The notes below the pieces were generated by a model that had not been told where the DNA came from, did no database searches, and saw only the letters and a list, made by a program, of their open reading frames with translations. A DNA stretch of 62,516 bases, filler included, from Sphacelaria rigidula (lineage: Eukaryota), in the NCBI GenBank assembly GCA_964200075.2. It is 7 parts of 7 records of this genome, joined end to end, with 100 filler letters (N's around TTAATTAATTAA, not from the genome) between each part and the next. Parts side by side here need not be neighbours in the genome. Positions count along the whole stretch, not along the records: positions 1 to 8,846 come from CAXNAA020009951.1; positions 8,947 to 17,792 come from CAXNAA020009952.1; 5 more parts are not named here. The stretch is one strand, 5' to 3'. How positions within the stretch are numbered: position 1 is the first letter of the stretch; every line of letters starts with the position of its first letter. Of the stretch, positions 1 through 11,812 are shown piece by piece. A program made the translations under genes and the position numbers.

Positions 1-258
1 CGTCTATCGCCTCGGCCTCGACCACCGCCTCACCCGAGGCAACACCAGCCTCCTCCGACCCAGGGCTCTTTGCCGGCGCCGGCGACGCAGAAGCTGAACT
101 GCGGGCTTGAGACAACGGTCCTGTCTCCACAGCCGCCGCCACCTCCGCTGCTGCCGCCGCTGTTGCTGCTCCCGAGTGCTCCTGATCAGCGACACAGCCT
201 CCGGCTGCGGATTCTGCAAAACATTCCGTTGCGGTGGCCATCGATGGGTGAGAGGCAT
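1..258 (-). CDS. Possible Ala/Ser/Glu-rich exon fragment running off the contig end
   Basis: Open minus frame ...MATATECFAESAAGGCVADQEHSGAATAAAAAEVAAAVETGPLSQARSSASASPAPAKSPGSEEAGVASGEAVVEAEAID; no recognisable domain; stop just upstream. Confidence 0.25.
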
Positions 259-810
259 TTCAGCGGCGGTATTGACACCCATGGATCACGACATGTCACC
301 GTTTACACGGGCACCCGTAATGCCCTGGGGCGAACTTCTGATGATACAGCCAAGGTTGTTGGGCGGGTGGGTCGCATGTGCGCCGTAACCGAGAGCTGAT
401 GTAGGGTAACTACGTCCACCTTGCGCGTGTGGGGACAAGGTTTGCACAATCCAACAGTAAGCCTGAGGGCAGCATGGCAACCTACACCCATACAACCTAC
501 ACAAGCCGGATACAGAGACAGCACTTGCAGGTCTACTGGACACACTTTCTCTGCGGACGGGCACTCCATGATATCCTTCCACCCCAATACCTTGGCACGT
601 GTCGAACACCTCTTCAAGCTCGAGCAACATAAAAACACACACACACTTTCTCTCTCTCTCTTAGCTACACAAACGCATTCGCGAGTACGCCAGGATTTAT
701 ATTCCAGTGTGCTGGGAACATCCTGAACGAATCTGCAAACGGGGATGCCCTGACCCATATTTTTGTGCTTCTAGAATCGTTAGGAGCCCCTGAACCAGAC
801 AAAATTTCGC

Positions 811-842
811 GAAAAAAGTGCACCCCTACCGTAGCATTGCTC
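811..842. mobile_element. Right terminus of a Sola-like DNA element (same TIR family as 11813-13615)
   Basis: AAAAAGTGCACCCCTACCGTAGCATTGCTC nearly matches the right TIR ending at 13615; abuts and truncates the SINE at 843. Confidence 0.75.
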
Positions 843-1125
843 GGAGGAAGGCCCACACAGGAGCTCTTTTTTTTTTGTTTAATACTCCACCTTCCTTCCG
901 CGGTGCTTGCCTCATTTTTATATCGCGAGAGGGGTCCAGCGGTCCCTTTCCCTAGTGGACCGTGAAGTCGTTTTTGTTTTCATGTACCAACGACATGCTC
1001 GCTGTTCACTGTTGGGCACGGTGTGAGAAAAAATCCCAGATCGTGTGACTGCATCGAGATTCGAACCCACGACCCAACCGTCAGAAGGTTTCGAGGTTAC
1101 CAACGGAGCCACCGGGGCGACCGGC
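843..1125 (-). mobile_element. tRNA-derived SINE (head intact, 3' end truncated)
   Basis: Minus strand GCCGGTCGCCCCGGTGGCTCCGTTGGTAA (A-box-like) ... GGGTTCGAATCTC (B-box); body homologous to 6205-6495 and 17690-17792. Confidence 0.8.
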
Positions 1126-1490
1126 ACACATGAAAGCACTTGCACCGGGGTATTTCGTGCCCGTGTTGGATAGCACAGCGGACAGCCAGACAACCCTGTG
1201 CCGTACGAACAGGTAGGTGTTACTGACACCAGCTCCGTGTGACGGGATACATGCGTTTGGACATGACTACTGTGTATGAACAGGAATAGGGCGATTTGCC
1301 CTCGGTCAAACAACAGCCCATGACACCAGGCGGCCACATCCGACAAACGTCGATGGGCAGCGATTAGAACTTCGGAGCTAGCCCCACACGAACATGCCAC
1401 ACCGATGACGCACAAGAACTATTGGACGTCGATACCCAACCATGCGTCAAGAAGTGTCCACCGCCTGCTCCATCAACAGCCACAACAAAT

Positions 1491-1750
1491 CGAGCGACAG
1501 TGTGGGAGAGGCAGGTTCGAGAGTGAGATCGTCCCACGCTTTCGCCGACGGCAACCGTTCCAAGTCGAGGCGATGTCTGCGTCGGTGGTGGAACGGCTGC
1601 ACTTGCCGTCGCCGGCAACACCCTATATCGTCGCCGACGGCAAGCGCAGCCGTTCCACCGCCCACGCAGACGTCACCTCGACTCTGGAACCGTTACCGTC
1701 GGCTAAAGCGTGGGACACTCTCGGACCTGCCTCTCCCACACTATCGCTCG
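1491..1750. repeat. Long imperfect inverted repeat (fold-back; arms ~125 bp, tiny loop)
   Basis: 1491-~1619 aligns with the reverse complement of ~1626-1750, with scattered substitutions, one 6-nt and one 1-nt indel. Confidence 0.92.
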
Positions 1751-2099
1751 TTTCTTCGTCGCCGGGACCCCGAACAGGGACGCGGCGGCGGCAGCAAGGG
1801 TGTACCGACCATTCGTGCGTAGAGTTTGCACATGTTCCGATGGCGGATGCCTAGGATACCTGCACATGTACTGTCGTTCCGAAAAACACTGCGGGTGCTG
1901 GTTTTCCACGTTTTCCACCAGTCCACGAACTTTTGAAAGTGCAGAGAATACTGATAGGGAAAGGCTCTCCCCATTCTATGTATGTAGCACCCTGTCCGCT
2001 GGTATGGGACGTTCCACATGCACAGCACTGTAAGGATGCCAGTGGCATCCAAGAACGCACCGAGTGTGACGATTTTCGTATGCAAAAATCTGCCGTGCT

Positions 2100-2667
2100 G
2101 CTGAAACATATCGTTTGACACGTAGTGGCCGATGAAATCACGTTTGAAGAACATTTTGGTCCTTGGCACGCTCGTAGAGGAGCCCAAGGCAACAAGGCAG
2201 CCGGGCAGCCTGACGATGTGCGTGCAACACCTCGAATGACTGACTTCATGCATTTTTATTGTCAATAGGCACGAAATCCGCAAGCAGGATGGTGATTGGC
2301 AATGGCGTGAACATGTACTTCCACTGATGACGCTCACAACGGCATCATTCGCTAGGCTACTTGAGGCCGAGCTGATCCAACCAGTTAGCTTTTATGCTAT
2401 TGGCGCACGGCTTATTGCCACCGCCGAGACATGGGCGAGATCGGCGCACACGGTGTTCGAGGATGACACGCCTGGCAAGGGCAGGCAGGTTGAGGTGGCG
2501 TGTGTTTGATGCAAATAGCTCATGGGCTCGGGTTGAAGTCGAGCAGGCGCGCGAAAGGCAGAACGAACGGCAAAATTCCCGTCGCCCTCCCGCTTGACCA
2601 CACCACCTGAACCTGCCTGTCCTCGCGTACACTCCTCGATCGCCGTGTGCGCCATTCTCGGCTGTGT
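2100..2667 (-). pseudogene. Putative OTU-like cysteine protease domain, frameshifted
   Basis: Across shifting frames, in OTU order: VVKREGDGNFAVRS (cf. GDGNC), AHELFASNTRHLNLPALARRVILEH, NWLDQLGL / SLANDAVVSVIS, DFIGHYVS; acceptor TTTCCCAG ending at 2668. Confidence 0.35.
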
Positions 2668-2867
2668 CTGGGAAAGTCGACTGTACTGCGGGTCCGGAGG
2701 GCGGTTGGCGAGTAAGAAGGAGCCGGGTGTGGATTATGTTTGGAAACCGCAGTCTGTTGCTCATGTACGGCATGGTACGTCGTTTGGTGTTTTCTTGTGT
2801 TGTGATGTACAGATTGTCGAGCTTGAATGCAGAGGCTGTCGCCGAGCAGTACGCCAAACATGCTTAC

Positions 2868-3675
2868 CTGTCCACGGTAGCCTCGTAAAAGCCACCTCCC
2901 TGCTGTCCCCCAACCTGGGATTGTTGCTGCTGCTGTTGGAGGTATATGTATACTCTAGCTGCTGGTGCTGTGGCTGGTAGTGGTACGGAACTTGCTGCTG
3001 CTGCTGCTGCTGCTGGTGGTTCATGTACTCCACTTGCTGTTGCTGTTGTTGCTGCTGCTGGTACGGCTGATACGGCTGGTACGGCTGATACGGCTGATAC
3101 GGCTGGTACGGCTGGTACGGCTGATACGGCACCTGCTGTTGGACTAGCTGCTGCAGCTGGTACGGCTGCTGGAACGACTGCTGGTACGAGACTTGATGAT
3201 GAAGCTGCTGCTGCTGCTGCTGCTGATATGGGACCTGCTGCATGAGTTGCTGCTGCAGCTGGGGGTACGCAATATTGTGTGCTTGGGGCTCTTGGGGGTA
3301 CGGGTGACCGTACCGAGCTTGCTCTTGATGCACGCCCCGCGGGTACTGCTGGTACTGCAACCACTGCTGCTGTTGCTGTTGCTGTTGCCGCTGCCGATTG
3401 TCTGCAGGTTGCCAGTGGTGCGGGCGCGGCCTTCGTCCGCCCGAGCGCCCTTCGCCACGCCTATCACCCGCGCCTCCGCCTCGACTGCCGTTGCTGGTTG
3501 ACATTACCACCCCTGTTCGGTGTAGTAGCGGAGGAGACGGACGGAGTGCAGGCAAGCATACGGATTGGTGGAATCTAACGTCCGCCAAAAGAACGGGGTT
3601 ACCGCACCGGGCACATAGCGCAAAGTCTAGCGCGGTAGCAGCTATGCCTCGTACGTGTCGCCTCTCTCGTTCCAT
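2868..3675 (-). CDS. First exon of a Q-rich protein with an N-terminal C2HC Zn-finger-like motif (probably pseudogenised)
   Basis: ATG at 3675; CARCGNPVLLADVRFHQSVC (C-x2-C-x11-H-x3-C); polyQ and PYQ tracts; donor CAG|GTAAGC at 2868/2867; apparent frameshift near 2945 where polyQ continues in another frame. Confidence 0.55.
3058..3129 (-). repeat. 9-bp coding tandem repeat (CCGTAYCAG)x8 = (PYQ)8
   Basis: Directly visible. Confidence 0.95.
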
Positions 3676-6204
3676 CAGCAGCGTGGTGTGTTTTGCGTCA
3701 CCTGCCGTCTCGAAATGGTAACGTCAAAAATAGCGTGCTTTGGCGTAACAGCGGTACCGCTGCACTAAAACACATGCACATTACTTCGTGGGTAAATACT
3801 GGAGTTCTCCGGCATCTTGGGGCGTTTGTGCATATCGTACAAAATGAGCATTCTACAGATAACGGGTGCACTTGAGAGTCGACATCACACCATCGACATG
3901 AGTTTGGGAAAAGTAAGGCTACAGCTGATGAGAGTAGGTCTTCGGGTACGCTCTACCCGGGGGTCAGTTGTCAGGACCGGGTGGATCGCGGGTTTCACCA
4001 TTTTCGCGGCCACCGCGTCGTCAAGCGAACCTCCAAATCCAGTAGTAGAGCATACAGTACAGTGTAGTACACACGTCAGAGGAACCGAATGCACTCAAGG
4101 GTCGGCAAATATGGTTGACCTGGGACGAACGTGACATGTAGAGACACTACACGATGGAACATGCAGGCATAGTTCGAAGTAGTCAGGCTGTGCATGGTGC
4201 ATCATGTATCCATCGCATTCGAGTTACGCATGATGCTGGTATCAAGTATCAAGTAGGCGCTCGTTCTACTTGCCTACTGTGCATTTGTTGCTAAGGGTCA
4301 TGGTTTGTGGGGTTACAGAGTAGCATATCAGCGATCCGTCCCCGATCCGTGATGTATGTAACACTCGTCGTCATGCAGCAGACGGTGGGGTCATAACGTC
4401 ATCGTGCGCGTCTAGTACACATATTTTGGTCCGTTATCTAGTCATTCGTTGCCTCGATAAAACACGCTTCGATGCTCGTGCTTCACCCATAGGGCCAGGC
4501 CCCATGGCGAGAGGATAAGCGTCCCATGCACACATTATGGAATCGCTCCGAGCACGAACTAGTACTCGCAAACACGCTAAAACGTCTACAGCATGCATTT
4601 TATAACATTTGTGCTAACATCCGTCAAATCTGTCCAGGAAGAACTCAGGCGGAGCCAAATGCGGAGAAGGAATACGAATATCCGCCTAAATTCGCAATCT
4701 GCGGGTTCCGCGGATTGCTACCCACCCATGTGCCTGAACTCCGGACACCCACCCCGACGTTGTGAATTGAGCTTATCTCTTATTGCATAGTTGAGCTGTC
4801 CGATACGACATGGCTTTCTACGTGCGTTTGATATCATTGGCTGGAGAAGAAAGTCACGTTACGATGACATCAAACACTCTCCTTCGCGCCATGACGCTCT
4901 CGAGTATTGATCCCCCTGTGCTCGAGGGTCCATGGTTTGCATTTCGTTGGGGTTGGGGTCAGCGGTAGGTTGGGATGGTAGGGTGCTCCGACAGTTGCAC
5001 AAGCGACCGCTTCGTGAGAAAACCTTCACATGTACCCGACTAGGCATGAGTGGGGGAAGCTGGATCAACACGTATTCTTATACGCCGTTGCAGTTTTGGT
5101 GAACATTTCCGGGGTATGAGTGAGTGCATGCGCATTGTGCGCAAGACCTTCTACACCTGAAGACATGCTGCAGAGGTCGGTCATTTCTGAAGATTATTAT
5201 TATACATATATATTGTTTGTGTTGTGTTTCTTTTGTTTTCTCGGTCTACTCTTTCTGTTCTACCCTTCTGTTTCACTTTCGTTAAGCGAGTGCTTTGGTT
5301 TTGTTTACCTTGGGTACAGCCACCTCATGACCACGACTGGGTGCCTCGGGGAACCGTCCGACGGGTTCTCATCGGAGATGATCGACCATGAAAAGACAAA
5401 ACACTTCTGACTGGTGGCTGCTATACCGCCCCCTGAAAAGAGTGCTCCATAATCACTGTTGCAAACAGTGATTTCGTGTATCACGCACGGGAGCATAGAT
5501 GTCCCGTTGACGGGGGCACATGCAAAGGCTTGACACACAGACCAACAAAATCAGAGGTGAACCTGGGGAACGCGTTGCCCCCGCAAATCGAAAACACACA
5601 GGTCGGTGTGTCGGTGCCGTGATGCCTTGTTGCGTCTGGTCCACAGCAGTACAGACATGTTGCGGTGCTGTTCATTTCCGATAATATGGAGGCTTTGTGG
5701 GGACTGGTTTCTCCGGGGCGCAGAATCCATTTGAAAAAGTCATGCTCCACGGTGTGAAATATGCTGAGGTTAGAAGGGCACACGTCCTTGCAAGACAGGT
5801 GTCCACGTCAGCATGGAAAGCTGGTGCTACAGACGACACCCTTGACCGAGGCACCCGGATGGCAAAGAATGTACGTCACAGTGTAGGGAGGAAGCACTGA
5901 ACCCTGTTGACCGCGAGGGTGGGTGATCCGTCGAATCGGCATCATTCGTCTTATTTCTCGGGTGTAAACGGTGCCGACTCAACTCACCGCCTACCCTCGC
6001 GGTGGAAGGGTTTATTTACGAAATGTATCATCCCACGAGAATTCACGATGGAATTGGCACTGTGTAGTTCGAGCCGGCTGTACCGTACTGACTGGACGAC
6101 GCGAAGCAAGCCTCGGCAGGGCTACAATACCCACGATCTATCCGTAAATATCGAAACTTGCTCCCTGTCACACTCTGAGAGCAAGCATGTGTTGCGTACG
6201 TGTT

Positions 6205-6495
6205 GTCATCCCAGCCATTCTGGACGATAGGCCGCGCCTTCCGGTATACGTGGGCGCATCAGACGGGTTCACACAGACAGGACAGGAGTGCCATCATTTG
6301 TTTTGTTTTGATACTACACCTTCACTTTACGGTGTTGGCATTCCTCTTTATCGCGAGAAGCGTTCAGCGATCACTGTCCTTCATCCACCGTGGAGCCGAA
6401 CTTTGTGTACCTACACGTAATCGCTGTCGACCGTTGGCATGATGTGAGAAGAAAAAAAAAACAGACCGTGTGACTTCATGGAGATTCGAACCCTA
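6205..6495 (-). mobile_element. Diverged copy of the tRNA-derived SINE (A-box part missing)
   Basis: Homology to 843-1125, including the B-box (plus strand GAGATTCGAACC, 6481-6492). Confidence 0.7.
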
Positions 6496-6701
6496 TCCAA
6501 TTTCAGATTGATTCTGAGAGAAGACACGAGCAACCGCCTCCGTTGTGGTCAGTCTGTCGTGACGTCGGCCACGCAAGCACTGGTACTGTCTCCAACGGAA
6601 AGCTGTCCCCTTTCGGCACAGGTTCGCCGTCGTCCGTGGCAGAAGACACTGTTCTCTTCGACTCGGCCGTACGGCCACATCTTGCGCGAGACGGTGTATA
6701 A

Positions 6702-7097
6702 GCTAGAGCTCGGAAATGGTTTGTCTAACCATTAACCAGTTGAATGGTTACGCGGAGCGCGCTCATTAACCAGTAAAATGGTAATGGTTTGGTCATCGAG
6801 CAGCGCAGCCGCGAGCCAAAAAGCCCTCCCCGGCAGAGAGGACCCCACCGGAGGCGCCCCCGGAAGATCCCGCTGGAGGCGCCGTGCCGGAGGCCCGTTT
6901 TTACGCGATTTGGCTTCACTAGAGCTAAAAAAAGGTCAGATTTGGGCAATTTTTCATGGGCTGTATGTAGCATACGTAACCGGTAACGGTAAATACTGGT
7001 TTGAAACCATTATACAATTTTTTCATACAACCATCACCATTGTTACCATTATAATGATAATGGTCAGTTATAACTGGTACCATTTCCGGGCTCCAGC
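6702..7097. mobile_element. MITE with ~19-bp TIRs and subterminal AACCATT/ACCAGT repeats (possibly hAT-derived)
   Basis: GCTAGAGCTCGGAAATGGT vs reverse complement of right end GCTGGAGCCCGGAAATGGT; no clean TSD. Confidence 0.65.
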
Positions 7098-8846
7098 GTA
7101 AAACCTAACGGCAGCAACCTCAAAGATATGAAGAATCCTGAATGGTGCTTATTTTTGCGATTGTGAGCGTCGACGGATGACGAGCCCGACATGAACAACT
7201 ACGCTAGCGAGATCTGCCGCCGCCTGCGATTCCATTTGATATCGTTCCCACTATAACTGTCGTCAGAAAGTGAGAAAAAATGCGAAATGAGTGTCAGCAT
7301 GGTGCATGATCATCCTTCCAACCGACAGCGCACAGAACGTCTTGGCCCATACTGTTGCGCCAACACCCACCTGCGGCCTCAACCTACACATACGTGACGT
7401 TTCAGCACCACCAGACTCCAGGTTCGCTGTGGTTGGACGCCTAACTTTCCAAAATACCATCTCCATGCGATTGAAGAGGAACACGGGTTGAACTTATGCC
7501 TACTTCGATCTCGACAAAAACACATTCGCGGTAAGACTCAAACAGGTCGGTGCGGAGACAGCCTTTTCTCCAAGAAGATTTCTCCAGAATGCTTCATCGA
7601 GTATCATCTTCGATACAGACCCACCGTATCCCTTCGATCGCGAGCATAGGTCATCCGTTGAACCAGCATGTACTCCACTTGAATAATTTGTACATTATCA
7701 GATTACCTACTCTGGCGGTCAAACGGTTAAATGCGATGATCGAATCGATCAATCGATCGGCGGACGGTTTGGTAACCAGCTCCCCAAGCCCCGGCGAGAG
7801 GGCAGAAAACAAAGCGTACAAACATCTGTGGCGTGAAAACGTTAATGCTTGTGTAATAATACTGTACGAGCTAGGCCGGCAGTAAATCTCGCATCCTCTC
7901 TCCGCACTTCAGCTTCTCAAGTTTCCCAAATCAGCGCGACCTGAGCATATCGCTGTGAACTGCAGACTAACCTGGGAACACACGGCACTGCCGCTGCTTG
8001 GTTGGCGCAGTGCGATGATGTTATTGTACTGCATTGAGTACCGGGTACGTCTCCTGCCGTTGCGTGACAACGTGTCTGGAGGCGTTTCGTCTCACAAAAT
8101 GCGGTGGATTTACGATAGACCGTTGCGCCGCACAGGCACACGCACACCCGGCATGCCCAGCAAGAGCACTTTGGTGTTGCTGCAAGATGGCATCAAGCTC
8201 GTCATGATCTACATAATGGGAGAGAACCTCCGGGCCAACTGTCGTTTATCACCGCACGAGGGAGAGATACTACTTGAAACTGCGCTATACCACCCCCCAA
8301 AAAGCAAGACCGTCACCAAAATATCGAGACCCTTTGGAACCCAGAGGTACGAGAGTTTATGCACGATTACTTTGCACACGAACGTTTTTTGTCGTGTCGC
8401 GATTCGAACTCGTGACCTGTGTGATTTGAGGCTGTTGTATCAGTGTGACCACCAGGGTCACACAAAAAGTGCGACGCAAAGCCCAATTTCACGTATTTTT
8501 GGCTGAAACTTTACAAAGGATGTGGTTGACGCGAGTGTCCGTATGTGCCGGAGCGTTGTCATCGTTTTTTATCAATTTTTGACAAAGTTGTAGCATATTT
8601 ATTCGTTTTTTCTGAAGCTTCAACTCGCTCTAGCTTCCTGTTTTTGTTTCTTCCCCCGTGACACCCCTTGCAGGGTTGCAAGGGTCGGATAAATATTGAG
8701 TCGTCTGGAAAATACGTGTTTTTAGTATACTTGATTCGCCTCGTGATGAACCAATCCCTAGGCATTATTTCAGCGTTGCAACCCAGGTACACGCAGCCCA
8801 GACACGCGGAATGGCGCGAAAGTTGCGTGGATACCCCTTGGACCAG

Positions 8847-8946
8847 NNNNNNNNNNNNNNNNNNNNNNNNNNNNNNNNNNNNNNNNNNNNTTAATTAATT
8901 AANNNNNNNNNNNNNNNNNNNNNNNNNNNNNNNNNNNNNNNNNNNN
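8847..8946. other. Artificial contig linker (N44-TTAATTAATTAA-N44)
   Basis: Fixed 100-nt spacer with stop codons in all six frames; identical at six places. Confidence 0.98.
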
Positions 8947-9099
8947 TGTGCCGGCAGAATATTGCATCAATATGCGAGGTAAGCGTTTTATCCATTAATG
9001 CAGGCACAACCGGATTGAACCCCAAACCTTGATGATAGGGCTTCAGTGGTTTTCACTCTACTATACTGTAGCGTGTCCGAATCATTGACCAAGCGGGGG

Positions 9100-9694
9100 T
9101 GTTACGGAATACGTAGTATACCCGGTACTCGGCCAATTAGGTAGACTCGCCAGTAGGGTCGATGATTAGTGAAGTACTTCCCGGGGAAAAGAGTTGTTCG
9201 AGAAAAATTACTTCGAGAATAGCGGGTGATTAGCACGGGTGATTTTCCTAGCGAGATCTATACTTGGATAAAAGCGGGTGATAAGCACGGGTGATTTCCC
9301 TAGCGATGTCTATACTCGGAGAATAGCGGGTGATGACTACGGGGGATTTCCCTGGCGATTTTTAGACGTCGAGAGGTGGGAAGAGCTACACAGGCAGAAC
9401 AGCCCCAGCCTTGCTCTCTCTCTTCAAGCTTCCTTCTGACAGCTAGCTTACTGCTGTCCACGTCTACTCCTCGGTAGAGCATCGTACGCCAAGTATATAT
9501 CCTTGCGTTAGTTGGGGATTTAGAGTGACTGGGAACCATCACAGCTCTTCGATGATGATGAGATGTTTCAATCATCTTCATCAAGACACGCCCGACTGCT
9601 GTCTGCGCTATCCATTTTTCCAGCGTCTAAAACTGGGAAGTCGTGTTCAAGTCCGTGAACCCCATCGAATTAGATCACTCGGACACGTTATAAC
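9100..9694 (+). repeat. Putative 5' LTR of Copia 1
   Basis: Starts TGTTAC, ends ...GTTATAAC before a PBS-like GGTGACTACC and gag; boundaries approximate, no second LTR on the contig. Confidence 0.5.
9215..9362 (+). repeat. 52-bp tandem repeat x~3 inside the putative LTR
   Basis: Units start at 9215, 9267 and 9319 (GAGAATAGCGGGTGAT...TTTCCCTAGCGA). Confidence 0.9.
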
Positions 9695-9903
9695 GGTGAC
9701 TACCAACGGTTCGGGTTTTTATGGAAATCGAGAAAGATGGATACGCGTTCGTCAAGTGCGGCGTAATAGGGATAGAAAAGTTTTGTCAAACTTCACGGCT
9801 GCTGTACAAGCGATGATGCGACAGCAACAGCAGTTTCAACAACAAGTACAGCAGCAAGTCCAGGCTCAGGGGCAACAGCAGCAACAAGCGCTGATGGACA
9901 GAA

Positions 9904-9905
<2 letters not shown>

Positions 9906-9956
<51 letters not shown>
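9906..9956 (+). repeat. (CAG)17 microsatellite encoding polyQ in Copia gag
   Basis: Directly visible. Confidence 0.95.
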
Positions 9957-9959
<3 letters not shown>

Positions 9960-10916
9960 GAACAACAACAAAAACAACTACAGCAGCTTTCATTGCCTGG
10001 GTCCGCACCAGCGGACCCACGACAGGCCAACGCCAAGATCGAATTCCAGAAATTCCCCGGGGGAACCCGAAGACTGGAACGACTGGTGCCAAGCACACCG
10101 GGCTCAGTTGACGGCGCTGGGATGCATCGATGTGCTTAGTTCCATCGGTGACGAAGAAGTGAGAGTGGGACGAGAGGAGTTCGACAGCAGCGGCCTCGAC
10201 CCACACTCCATAAGGAAGATCAATTACGTGTGGGTTTCCGTTATCACCACTTGTAAGAAAATCGCCCTTGAGGTTGTACGGCCCTCTGTTTCTCCCAGCC
10301 AAGCCTGGTGAGGGCTGGTGGAACACCACCACGCAAGCGGCTAAAAAGAACGAAAGAAGCTCATCAGGAAATTCTACGGTTTGAGGGTGGAGCTCGGGGA
10401 GCACACTCGGAAGTATCTACTGAGGGTTGATCGCCTCTTTCGAAAACTTGAGCGCGTCGGAAGGACATCGACGTCCTAATCATATCAGGGCTGATGAACC
10501 AGTACGACGCGGAGGCTCGGATGCTCGAAAGTTCAGCCAACTGCTTCGATCTAGACTGGATCGAACGCACGATCCTCAACCAGTACGAGCGTCTCGAGAG
10601 AGAAAAGACAGCTACACGCTCACACGTACTCATACCTACGAACTCGGGTAACGACAGATCTGCTTCATTCTGCGCCCTCTTCCCCAAGCCCGGGCACGAT
10701 GCAAGATATTGCCGCAAGTTTCAAATGATCGCCAGCAACCGAGGCGGAAGACGAAGTTCCAACCGCCGTAAGGGCAATACCACAGGACGGAACAACGCGG
10801 GAGACCGCACGACCCCCAACTTGGCATGTTTTCTATCGCGAAGGGCCACGAAAGACTTCCGAGTGTCCGAATCGCCCCAATAATGTAGGAGCGAAAGGCC
10901 GTCAGCAATGCATGAT

Positions 10917-11360
10917 AACACGGGATCTTACAAATTGGGGATGGATCTTTTATTGGGGATGAGAAACCCGGAGAATTAAAATCTTCGTATCCACACCAAA
11001 TCTTCGAAATATGGTTCCATTTCTTCACCTACCGATAACTATTAACAACTGCTACACGCTGTGGAAGTTTGAATTTCGATCACCGAAATTTTGGGGTCCT
11101 GGTGAAAAGAACAATTTCGGAACCATTTTGGCGTCCGTTCGGACACCCGGAATTCCCCCAAACCGGTTCTTCACCTAGGACCCCAACATTTCGGTGATCG
11201 AAATTCAAACTTCTATGGCGTGTAGCAGTTGTCAATAGTTATCGGTAGATGAAGAAATGGAACCATATTTTAAAGATTGGGTGTGGATACGCAGATTTTA
11301 ATCCTCCGGGTTTCTCATCCCCAATAACAGATCGATCCCCAATTTATAAGATTCCGTGTT
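10917..11360. mobile_element. Fold-back MITE (444 bp, ~190-bp TIRs, 4-bp TSD TGAT)
   Basis: AACACGGGATCTTACAAATTGGGG ... CCCCAATTTATAAGATTCCGTGTT, with TGAT on both sides; removal restores in-frame QQCMMATADSTG. Confidence 0.92.
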
Positions 11361-11812
11361 TGATGGCGACTGCCGACTCGACAGGCACCCTCTGCGATAG
11401 ACTGCTGGCCAAGACTTCCACCACTAGCGGGCTCATCGCCAAGAAGAATCAAGACGACAAATTCTGGGTAGCCGGAAGCAGAGCATCGGAACACATAACC
11501 TCGAGCGCCGCTAATCTACGCGACTACCACACTACCTCAACGAACGACCGCATAGAGACCGCCGACGGAGCATTTCTCCCCATCGCCGGATACGGCCGGC
11601 TACACCTCGAAGTTGACCAAGACACCGGCGACTTGGCTACAACCACGGAGGACCTTGAGCTATAGCGCGTGGCGCATGTGTCCCAACTGGGAAACCACGA
11701 CTTGCTTTCGGTGGCAAAACTGTCCAAGTCACCCCACGCGCCCCTTCAAGTGTGACCTGCAGCCAGCTCCATCAAACCACCGCAGGGACCAAGGTAACTC
11801 ACGTTTCGAAAG

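Noticed and set aside
843-880. ACACAGGAG next to a T-run in all SINE copies, suggesting target-site specificity
   Set aside because: Homology among copies extends well beyond the motif, so it is part of the SINE body
1040-1125. Functional tRNA gene
   Set aside because: A/B boxes are present but acceptor and anticodon stems do not pair properly, and it is fused to a repeated SINE body
2946-3578. Poly-Ala and poly-Leu ORFs on the plus strand
   Set aside because: Alternative-frame and antisense readings of CAG/CTG repeats
5320-5900. Possible KDZ/Zisupton transposase remnant (AHAKA*H)
   Set aside because: One 5-residue similarity among many stops; insufficient
8891-8902. TTAATTAATTAA recurring at regular ~8.9-kb spacing
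   Set aside because: Assembly linker, not biological periodicity
10636-11360. Two similar ORFs (MKKWNHI...) on opposite strands, like a duplicated gene
   Set aside because: They are translations of the two arms of the fold-back MITE
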